This document shows positions 38,499 through 47,540 of a stretch of DNA of 47,540 bases, piece by piece. The notes under the pieces are model-generated. The model searched no databases, was not told where the DNA came from, and saw nothing but the letters and a program-made list of their open reading frames with translations. Source of the DNA: Chrysochromulina tobinii. Taxonomy: Eukaryota. The number at the start of each line of letters is the position of its first letter. The first letter of the stretch is position 1. The position numbers and the translations under genes were made by a program. The DNA is taken from positions 1-47,540 of the forward strand of contig JWZX01003186.1 in the NCBI GenBank assembly GCA_001275005.1, given 5' to 3'.

Positions 38499-41400
38499 AT
38501 GCCGCCAGCGTACGCAGCGGCCAGCCATCGCGAAGTGGCGCCCGCGGTGCGCGGCTGGGCCGTGCGTCTCCTGGGAGAGCATCTACGCGCTGGAGCGGCT
38601 GACAGCAGCAACAACACGGCTGCCGATCTTGCTGCGGTGCTCGATGGGTGCGACGCGGATCTTGCCGTGCGGCACTGTGCGGCGCTCCTGAGGCACGCGG
38701 GCGGCGGCACACCAGAGGTGCTTTTGCGCCTGGCGGCTGACATCCGATCCGTGGGCGTCGTGCCGTTGCTGGTGCGGCTCGCACTCATCCACACAATGCT
38801 CGCGATCCCGACGGGTGGCGAAGCTGCTCTCGAGCTCTTGGCGGTGCTGGTGCCGTCGGAGGCCGTGGTGGACCCATCGGGCCCTGATGCCGACGCGGTC
38901 GCGGCGCTGCTGCACAGGCTGCGCACGTTGACGCCGCTGCCGCCGTGGATTGCCGACGATAGCCCCGCGAGGGGCGCCCTCGTGTCGCTGGTGGCCACGC
39001 TCCCGCCTTTGGAAGCGCTTCAAGGCGAGGATGTGTTGGTTGCGCGGTCAGCAGTGCAGAGCCTCGCGTCGTCCGCTGCTGTGGCCGACCCGGCCGTGGA
39101 CGGGCCGCTCCCTCCCGGGCTGGCCGCTTGCATCTTTGGACGCGCCGCGCATCAGCCGACCGCCGATGCCGAGCCGGTGCTCAACGCGCGACCCACTCGG
39201 CCCGGCGCGTTCACGGCCTCGTTCACGGCCTCGTTCACGGCCTCGTTCGCGTGCTCGTTGGGAGAGGTCGTGAGCGCCGTGTGCGCGCCTCGCCATTGCG
39301 TGCTCTGTGCGGCTCGCGCGCTGCTCGAGCCCGCGGTGGCTCGCCAGTGCCCACCCGCGGCGGTGGCGGCCGCGTGTGCACGCGCCATGCACCCTTCCCA
39401 CTCTCGGGCTGGCGGGAACGGCGCCTTCGGATGGCATGCATGCAGCCACGCCGCCATGCATGCAGCCGCTTCGCCGGCCGCCGCTGAGGCTGCGCTCGAA
39501 TTACTGGCGAGCTACGCGGTCCTGCGCGCCGAGGTGATGATGAGCGAGGGGCTCGAGAACGAGGTGATGAGCGATGGGCATCTCGGGTCACGTGTCGAAT
39601 CGCTCCTGACGAGCCTCACGCCGCTGCTCGCGGCACCGACGCGCCTGCCCTTCCGACTGCCCGTGTGCCCGTGTACGCCCGCCCCTTCGCACCTGGCGCG
39701 CAAGCAGTGGGAACACCCCGTCAGCGCAGCCCTTGATGTCGCTCTTCGGGCGGCGTCTCGACGAGTCGGGGGCGACGCCCTGCACCGTCGCCTCGTCGGC
39801 GCACTGTGCGAAGCCGCGAGTCACGGCTCGCCGTCGAGCGCACAGCTACTGGCTCTCTATGTGGGAGGGCTACTGCGCAGGCACCTTCGGCCCGCGCCCG
39901 CGACGGCGCGCCTCGCCCCCGCACCTGTCTTCCCCACAGCACCTGTCGCCGCCGCCGCCGCCGCCGCCGTGTCCGCTTCCGCCGCCGCTGTGTTCGTCGC
40001 CGCGGCGGAGGAGCACACCGCAACCGTGGCGGCGCTTTGCGCGAGTCTTCCGCGGCGCGAGCGCGTGCGCTTGCTGGGCGGCCTACTGTTGCCCCTGCAT
40101 AGCGCATGCGGCGCTGGCGGCGTCGGCGGGTCTTTGGCAAGAGGCGGCAGCGGCGGGTCTTTGACAAGAGGCGGCAGCGGCGGTTGCGGCGGCGTGTGGG
40201 CGCTGGCTCAGTTGGAGAGCCCCCTTCGCCGGCTTCGTCCCCTGCTGGGCGAGGGCGAGGAGAGCGAGGTGCTCGATGCAACGCTCGAGGGCGAGCACGT
40301 GCTCGATACAACGCTCATGGACACCGAACCCACCCCCCGAGCCGCCGGCCGCCTCGCCGCTGCGCTGGACGTGGCCGCGTGGCTGCACCTGCGCGCGCGC
40401 GGCGGCTTCGTCTATGTCGACTGGCTCATGGCATGGCTGCTGCGCCCGAGGCCCGATGGGCGCGCTGCTTGCCGTTCCGCTGGCGACGGCTGCGGCGCTC
40501 ACCACGGCGCATGCGCCCTTTTGGGCACCCTCGAGTCGCGCGTGAGGTCTGGTTGGGAGGTGCCGACCATCATTCGGCTCCAGTGCGTCGCCGCCGCCCG
40601 CGCCGCCGCGCGTGAGCCACTCCCAGCGACGTGCATGCGGACGAGCACGCCCGCGCAGTCATCCCTCTCGGCGAGCTGTGCGTCACTCCTCCGGGCCGCT
40701 GTGAAGTCGGGTGTGAACTTACCCGTCGAGCTCGAGCGAATCGTCTCCATGGACGCCCGCCCGCCCAACGCCGTCCCGAGCGCATGGCTCCCGGGCGGTG
40801 CCCTCGCGCTCGAGACGGCGCTCTCGCCGTCCTCGCCGCCACCGCCGCCACTCCCCGTCGCCTTGGCGGATGCGTCGGACGACTTGTCGGGCGCCGTCTC
40901 GGGCGTCTCGCTGCTGCTCGCCCTACAACGCCGGGGCCTCTCGGAGCTTCGCGAGGCTCTCGAACGGCTGCTCGCCGCGCCCGACGGCGAAGCGATCTGG
41001 CTTGACTTTGTGGGGCATCGGCTCCTTCCACAGCTTTGCACGGCGCTCGCCACGGCGCCCGACGAGCCGCTGTGGGGAGCGCCCGTCTTCGCCGCGCCCG
41101 CCACGGCGCCCTCCGGCTGCCTCGCGCTCTCAGATGCACTCGGCTCGTGGCGGCGCTGCCAGCGGCGCCAGCTCGCTCTGCTCCTCTCCCGGCTCGTACG
41201 TTGGAGCTTGCCTGATTGCGACTGATTGCGACTGAGTGCGACAGATTGCGACTGAGTGCGATTGATTGCGATTGATTGCGATTGATTGCGACTGATTGCA
41301 TGCAGGTACGTTGGAGCTTGCCCGGTCGCGAAGCCCTCCGCGAGACGCTTGAGCCGCTGCCCGAGAGCGTGCGCGGGGGCGCCCAACACGGCGCCGGTCG

Positions 41401-43611
41401 AGGCCGGCGCGCCGAGACGGCGCTCGATCTCGAGGCGTCCGTGCGCGCCTACCTGCTCGGCGCCCAACACGGCGCCGACGAGGTTGTGTCCAACGGCGTC
41501 AGCTGCAGTGCTGCTGCTGCTGCTGGTCGTGGTGCTGGTGCTGCTGGTCGTGGTGCTGGTACTGCTGCTGGTGGTGCTGCTGCTGGCCACGTGTTGGAGG
41601 TGACGGGGCTGCTCCCAAACGTCGGGCTGCTCGCGACAGCGCTCATGCGGCGCGCGTGTACCGACGAGACAGCCGAGGCTCGTGCTGCCGCCGCGGGGAT
41701 CCTGCACGAGTACGTCGAGTGGTGCCAGGCCCATTCGGACACGTGGCTCGCCAGCGGCCTGCCTGATGACCACTGATTGCCCCCTTCATCAGGTACGTCG
41801 AGTGGTGGCCGCTTCCCGCGCTGCAGCACGAGGCGCGACGGCTGGTGAACGCGGCCGGGCGACGCGGGGACGCCCGACACGGCGCGTCGGGCTGGGAGGC
41901 GGCGATGGCGGCCCTTGACGACGCTGAGGACACCGCCACTGTGGCGGCGGTGCGCGCACTCGAGCTGCTCCTCGCGCTGCCGTGGGCGCCCGAGCGCTGC
42001 GCGCCGCTCGCGCCGACGCCTGTGGAATGGCGCGCGGTCTTTGACGAAGCGCTGTGTGAACGGATCCACTTGATGCCTCCCATGCAGCCGGTAGCGCCGC
42101 CGCCCACCGCCGCCGGTGTGGAGGACACCTCCGAGGCGCCGCCGCTGCCATACGCGGCCATCGAGTGCGTCCTTGCTTCTCTCCCGGCCCTGGAATGCGA
42201 GCACCTGACCCGGCGCCTTCGGTGGCTGCTGTCGCGCCCAGCAGTGCACAAGCCGGCGGCGCGACGGAGGGAGCGCTGGGCGCAACGGGCGGCGCCCGTC
42301 ATGGCGCTCGACACGGCTGCGCCCGCCACCGCGCCCGCCACCGCGCCCGCCACCGCGCCCGTCACCGCGCCCGCCACCGCGCCCGCCACCGCGCCGAGCA
42401 GCATGGCACGTGCGCCGTTCGCCGGCGAAGCCCGCGGCTCCGAGACGTCCCTCGCGGTTTGGGTGCGATGGGAACTACGCGCGGCCGATGCAGACATCGC
42501 CATGCCCGTGCTCGAGGATCACGTGCGCACCTACCTTGCCACACGAGCGCTGCCCACCAGCGCACACGCGCTGCCAGCTGCCGCGCACGATCTCGCCATC
42601 GATCTCGCCATCGATCTCGCCCCCGAGCTCGCCCCTAATCTCGCCCCTAATCTCGCCGCCGATCTCGCCGAGGAGGTGTTCGTCTGTGTGATGCAGGCGA
42701 GCGTCGAGGGGGCTGTCGACGCTCTCGAGGGCCGCGCGGCAGGGCTTCGGGGTGGCGCAGCGCGAGATCGACTCCTTCGCGTGTGTGCGGAGATTGGCGA
42801 GTCAGCCAGTGCTGCTTGGTTCGAGGCATCCGTGGTAGGTAGCGGCGGCGAGGACAGCGGTCATGCGGCGTGTTGGCTGCTTCGAGCGCTGGTGCGTATC
42901 ATGGCCGACGCTGCGACGGCGCGGGCGCCCCTGAGCGACGTTGTGGTGCGCGGCGTGCGTGCGATGCCCCCAATGAGCCTCATCCCAAGCCGCAGCCCCG
43001 ATGGGTCACTGCCTGCGGAGGCAAGCGACCTCCTAGTGCAGCTGCTCGCGGGCACAGCGCTACGTACAGCCAGCCAGGCGTCGTCGCGAGCACCATACCC
43101 GCCCTCGACACTGCTTGCGTGGACGCACGTGCACGCCGTCGCGCTGCTCTCCGAGTGGATGCTCGGGCTCGCCAGATTGCATCGAGCTCAAGTGCGAGCT
43201 GGGGTGCCCCATGCGCGCTTAGATGCTCCGGCGGTGCTCCACGGCGCCGCCTGCGCGAACGCTGCGCTGCCGGCGGCGTTGGAGCAATGGCGTGCCGAGC
43301 ACGCGGGCAGCCTCGGCCGCTCTCTCCCCCACCTGTGGCCAACGGTTGAGGATCTGTTGGCTCCTCGGTGCTCGCAAGGAGAAGACCCCGCAGAGAGCGA
43401 CACGCTGGGCGTGCTCGACCGTTCGGCTGTAGGGGGCGTGGATGCGATGGCCTCCGACTTCGAGTCGACCGATACCGTCGCCGACTCGCCAGATGAGGCG
43501 ATCGCAGACGCAGCGCCGGACACGCCATCGCCAAGCCAGCAGGCTACTCGGATGGAACTGCAGCTCAGCACGCTGCAAGGCTCCCGTAAGCGTAGGCTCC
43601 AGGAAGCGTAA
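38499..43611 (+). CDS. Large Ala/Leu-rich helical protein (~1640 aa), tentatively FANCA-like; exons 38499-41195, 41306-41709, 41793-43611
   Basis: Three consecutive ORFs are joined in frame by GT-AG introns 41196-41305 and 41710-41792. The family assignment rests only on weak motif recollection (YVDW...L..LESRV...E.P..I; WVRWELR....D). Confidence 0.65.
41211..41300. repeat. 10-bp minisatellite (consensus ACTGATTGCG, ~9 copies) forming the body of an intron
   Basis: Directly visible units cctgattgcg/actgattgcg/actgagtgcg/acagattgcg/attgattgcg. Confidence 0.95.
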
Positions 43612-43869
43612 GTTGTACCCACGTTACGCACGTAGCTTTCGTACCCACATAAAAAATGTAACGGTATACGCCCCGGAGGCGGACCGCTCGACGAGCCGAG
43701 TCAGATCTCGATAGCGGTGAACAAGGAGACAGTGGAGTTCTCACGTATTACTAGGTCCGTGGGCGCTGGCGGTTACCAACACGTCGACTGAATACTCGGC
43801 TCGGTGAAGATCCGGGATTATCGATCCGCACAGAGCCGGAACCCGGATTAACGATTGTACAAGGTTCTA

Positions 43870-45384
43870 CTACTGGACTCCTATGTAAGACCCTACATAG
43901 GCTACGAGTGCCGCCAAATCCACTGTGGAGATAGTGCAAAGCCCACGCAAATGAAATCTGCACACTTCGAGCGGCGTGTTTTCGTGCGGAAGTGTGATCG
44001 TCGTGTTGATGAGCGGTGCGGCCGTGCGGCTTCTTCGACGGCCTTCATCGACGGCCTTCTTCCGGTCTCCATTCGATGCGCCACCACCACGCCGGAGCCG
44101 CGTTGGTTGTGCCATGATGAGCTGCTGCCAAACGTACGCCAACCCGCAAGCCTCCTTGAGTGGGTGGATGGCCACGACCTGCCTCCAAGAGTTGCTGCCG
44201 TCGCCATCGAAAATGCCGTTGGGACCGGGCGTGCAGGCATGCACCGGCCGATTGTTCACGAGTCGCACGCTACCAGGCTCGGCATTGACGTAACGAATGC
44301 GAAAGCGGCTGTTCTCACGCTGGGCGACGGCAAGCCAGTAGCCAACTGCATGATCTTCGATCTCGTTGGCGAGAGCTCGAGGGTAAAGGGTTTTGTTGAT
44401 TGCGTCCTGCCGTCGATCGGTCAGGTTCATGTAGTCATGCAGGCCTCGCGTGCTGGCCAATTGGCGCAGAGTGGGCGCTGAAAGCACCTGCAGCGCCCCG
44501 AGTGGGAAAGGAAACAGTGGCTGGCAGCCACGTTGAACTAGTATCGGGTGCATCTCCACTTGCTTGCCCTCGTTGCCAGTCACGCGCCAAGAAAGGCGGC
44601 ATCGGTTGGGATACTGCGGGTCGAGCGATGTGAAGGCCATCGCACCATAGCACACGTAGGGAGCACACCGATAACGATCAAGCTCGGCGCTTAGCGACGG
44701 CAGATGCACGAACGTGTCCTCGTCCACTCGGCCCACCCATTCAAGGGTGTTGCTAACCTGCATCACCAATGCAACGCGTGCTGCTGCGAGAAACCAGAGG
44801 AAGACCTTTGAGGTACGGAGGACACCCTCACGTGCTTGCACGAAGTGCAAGTCCCCTAAGTGATCGGCCTCAGAGTCTAGGGACGCGAGGTCCGCAACGC
44901 CGACGCTGCCAATTACGAAGCAAGCCTGGATCTCTCGGGTGGCCGCTGTGAGCCAAGTCTTTCGAATGACGTCACGAGTTTCACGGCTGCCAGGCGTGGG
45001 CGCGGAGAGGACACCCAGCAAAAGGCGCAAACCACCTTTGTGTGCAGCTAGCTCCAAAGCATCTTGAGTGCAGCGCTCCCGTCGTTGCCGGCGTCGCCCA
45101 TGCGGGGGCGGGCGGTGCTGCGGCGAAGTTTCAGCCGAAGCGTCATCGCATGCCCAGCCGCGTGGTGCCAGGTCGTGCGTGCTCGCCCGCGCGTTCGCTG
45201 TCATGGGCACGCTCTTGTCAACGCATCCCCAGCATGGCGAGGACTCGCCAGTGTCTCGGGTAGACATCCGCAGCTCACGTGCCGCAAGTATACACTGCAG
45301 TTTGCGCGCTCGCTCCCGGAGGTGCGAGCGAACGTGCGCTGGCTCGCTTCCTTCTTTGGGGCCACTGGTTCCGTTTCGACACAC
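43870..45384 (-). CDS. Glycosyltransferase family 31 (beta-1,3-galactosyltransferase-like); true start uncertain
   Basis: LLLGVLSAP...RDVIRKTW, FVIG, LDSEADHLGDL, KVFLWF, RVDEDTFVHL (DxD-like), FPFPLGALQVLS and EDHAVGYWL. Confidence 0.75.
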   Translation of the reverse strand: MCRNGTSGPKEGSEPAHVRSHLRERARKLQCILAARELRMSTRDTGESSPCWGCVDKSVPMTANARASTHDLAPRGWACDDASAETSPQHRPPPHGRRRQRRERCTQDALELAAHKGGLRLLLGVLSAPTPGSRETRDVIRKTWLTAATREIQACFVIGSVGVADLASLDSEADHLGDLHFVQAREGVLRTSKVFLWFLAAARVALVMQVSNTLEWVGRVDEDTFVHLPSLSAELDRYRCAPYVCYGAMAFTSLDPQYPNRCRLSWRVTGNEGKQVEMHPILVQRGCQPLFPFPLGALQVLSAPTLRQLASTRGLHDYMNLTDRRQDAINKTLYPRALANEIEDHAVGYWLAVAQRENSRFRIRYVNAEPGSVRLVNNRPVHACTPGPNGIFDGDGSNSWRQVVAIHPLKEACGLAYVWQQLIMAQPTRLRRGGGASNGDRKKAVDEGRRRSRTAAPLINTTITLPHENTPLEVCRFHLRGLCTISTVDLAALVAYVGSYIGVQ

Positions 45385-46271
45385 CCGGTATAGTGCTGCT
45401 GCTGCTGCTGTTCAACACGGTACAGTCCGCGAGAGCCTGCGTAGAAATTGGACGTCACTTCATGTTAATACACACAACACGTAAGCAGCACAGCTGTGAA
45501 GACAATACAATACAATTCAGGCCAGGCCTCGCATGAGACACATGCAGACGGAGAGCTGAGAAACAGCCATAAAAAGAGAAGATCGGCGAGACCCATGTAT
45601 GAACTCGGGAGGGAGCGCGCCCGCCGACGTGGGCGGTGAACCCCCAGTTGGGCGAGCCAAGGGGCAACGAGTATGTACGTCGCGGCCCCCTGAAGAGACG
45701 CATGCTCCGTCCGTCCTCGCGCATGCCAACGACCCGGCATAGAGCCGGATTCGAGACAGGGAACCACTCGAGCTCTCCCCTCCCAGGGGCAATCACCCCG
45801 GGAGGTGCTCCGCATGTGCCTCCAAAGATACCAGAGAAGGCCGCCAGACAGCCAGCCACAAAAACAAAGAAAACGGGCACTTAGAAAGCAAAGCCCCGAT
45901 GTCTGCCGCCTTACGGCCGGCCAGAAAAAAATGAGCGCTCATGAGCCTCAGTGTCTCGGTCTCGACCACGCCTCTGCGGGTGGTAAAAAAAGGAGCCGAG
46001 ACGCGTTGTGCAGGTCGTGGGGCCCCCAAAACCTTCGGCGGCAGAGCGAGATCAATGCGGGATCGCTTACCTTGACGGCCCAAGTGAGATCGGGACGGGA
46101 TCACTCGGAACGTGAGCACGTGGATCACTGAACGCGGATCGAAGCACACGTCAAGGCAATACTCGTGTGAGAAATTTGGACGAAGAGGAGGATAAAATGT
46201 TTTATAAATGCAATGCGTGCGTGACAACGTCCATGAAATGGAATGCGGACGTGTTTCACAGCAGCAGATTC

Positions 46272-47477
46272 ATGCAAGGGGACGAGCGCGCGCGCGCGCG
46301 CGCGGCGCAGCCTCCGAGCACAGCCAATAGCATGACCGCAGACCCGAAAGCGGAGGTGCGCGCTTTCTTCGCCTCGCTTTCGCCAGACGTGCGCGCCGCG
46401 CCGCCTCCGCCAACGGTGCTGCCATGCGAGCGCCGGCTGGCGAGCACGCTGCACAGCTACCAGCGGCAGGCGGTCGAATGGGCGATGGCGCGCGAAAAGG
46501 CAGGCGTCGACGAGGCCGGCGTGTGCGGCGGCGTGCTCGCCGAAGAAATGGGACTCGGGAAGTCCATAGAGGTCATCGCGCTCGTCGAGAGCCACGCATG
46601 CCCACTGCACGACCCGCCGCCACCAGAGGCGACAGTTGGCGGACGCATCCCGCATTGCAGCGGGCTGCTGCTGCCGCGCACGTCGTGCGGTGGTGAACCG
46701 TGCTACGTCTGTGGGCGCAAGTCGATGGCGAGCGAGACGGTGCACGTCGCCTCGGGCACCGGCTTCGTGTGCTGCGGCTGGTGCTTCCTGCCCCACCAGC
46801 CAAGCGCCGTGTGCGTGCAGCCTGAGCACGCGCGCTCGTCCTCCGATGTAAGCCTGGACTCCACGGAGGCCGCCGCCTCCGACGGCGACGCGCTCGAGTC
46901 GGACGCTGCCGCAGCGGCTGAGGCGCCTGCAGCGCTGCGCCGGCGCCTTGCGGTGAGCTTTGCTGACGAGATGTTCGGCGGCCCCAGCCAACCCAAAGTC
47001 GCCAAGCTCGGCACAACCGTCGAGAGGGCAGTGACGACCCCGCAAGCTATGCCAGCCTGTGCCGCCGCCAACTTGTCAGGCTTCAAAATTCGAATCAAGC
47101 GACCGCGTGAGGAGGCGTCCGCGCTCGTCGCCGCCGCCGCCGCCACCGCCGCGGGTGTGCCGGGACTCGCACACTCCGCGGGAGCTGGCCTGGAGGCAGG
47201 GTTCGGCGTTACTTCTCTGTGCGGCGCGACGCTCATTGTGGCCCCTTCGTCCATTCACAAGCAATGGCTGGACGAGATCGCCAAGCACGCCCCTACCCTG
47301 AGCGCGCGCGTGCTAGTGTACCCAGGCCTTCGCGAGCTGTGCAAGGGCGCCGGCGCCGGAGCCGCGGGTGCTCATCACGTCGCATCGACCGCGCAGCTCA
47401 TCGAAGCGGTCGATCGGGCTCGTGTGGTGCTCACCACGTACCGCGTGTTGCAGCAGGAGGTGCACTACCAGGGCGTA

Positions 47478-47522
<45 letters not shown>

Positions 47523-47540
47523 GCCGGCGCGAGCGGCGGC
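46272..47540 (+). CDS. SNF2-family helicase, SHPRH/Rad5-like, N-terminal part; runs off the window end
   Basis: Open frame with no stop before the window end: LHSYQRQAVEWAMARE, GGVLAEEMGLGKSIEVIALV (motif I), a Cys-rich insert, GATLIVAPSSIHKQWLDEIAKHAP (motif Ia) and VVLTTYRVLQQEVHY. Start may be 46233, 46272 or 46332. Confidence 0.85.

Noticed and set aside
41211..41300. Regular repeats as a possible CRISPR array
   Set aside because: Contiguous 10-bp units with no unique spacers, no cas genes, and a eukaryotic intron context.
39721..42503. Long minus-strand ORFs opposite the 38499-43611 gene
   Set aside because: Low-complexity Arg/Ala/Ser translations typical of GC-rich antisense frames; splice signals support the plus strand.
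45565..46100. Telomerase RNA or RNase P/MRP identity for the structured segment
   Set aside because: No CTAACCC-type template on either strand and no convincing P4 (GAAAGUCC.../GGGGCU) pair.
46062..46180. U1 snRNA-like start (CTTACCTTGACGG) with a closing helix
   Set aside because: Lacks the U1A loop (ATTGCAC) and a proper Sm site with terminal stem. Equally explained as the reverse complement of a splice donor.

Overview
GC-rich, gene-dense eukaryotic nuclear DNA from a flagellated protist. A haptophyte alga (Chrysochromulina/Prymnesiales-like) is my best inference from the intron style, the TTAGGG repeat and a proline-rich surface protein. About 18 protein-coding genes are supportable: a 5'-truncated Pro-rich membrane protein; an intronless 4439-aa kelch/IPT/filamin-headed axonemal dynein heavy chain (outer-arm alpha/ODA11 type); a YxFGD-repeat membrane protein; ALG13; a TPR + O-fucosyltransferase; RPN12; a TIR-domain protein; DUS1; two Aa_trans transporters; a kynurenine-monooxygenase-like flavoprotein; prolidase; FCF2; a ~1640-aa possibly FANCA-like protein; a GT31 galactosyltransferase; a 3'-truncated SHPRH-like SNF2 helicase; and several hypothetical proteins. 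The most striking observation is two short spliceosomal introns (41196-41305 and 41710-41792) that each begin with an exact 15-17 nt copy of the start of the following exon and carry CTGATTGC motifs. These look like recently created introns. Also noted: a GC-AG intron, a telomeric repeat supplying a stop codon, a small inverted-repeat element, a decayed TE-like gene and a hairpin-rich intergenic segment. All family calls come from motif recognition by eye, with no database search.
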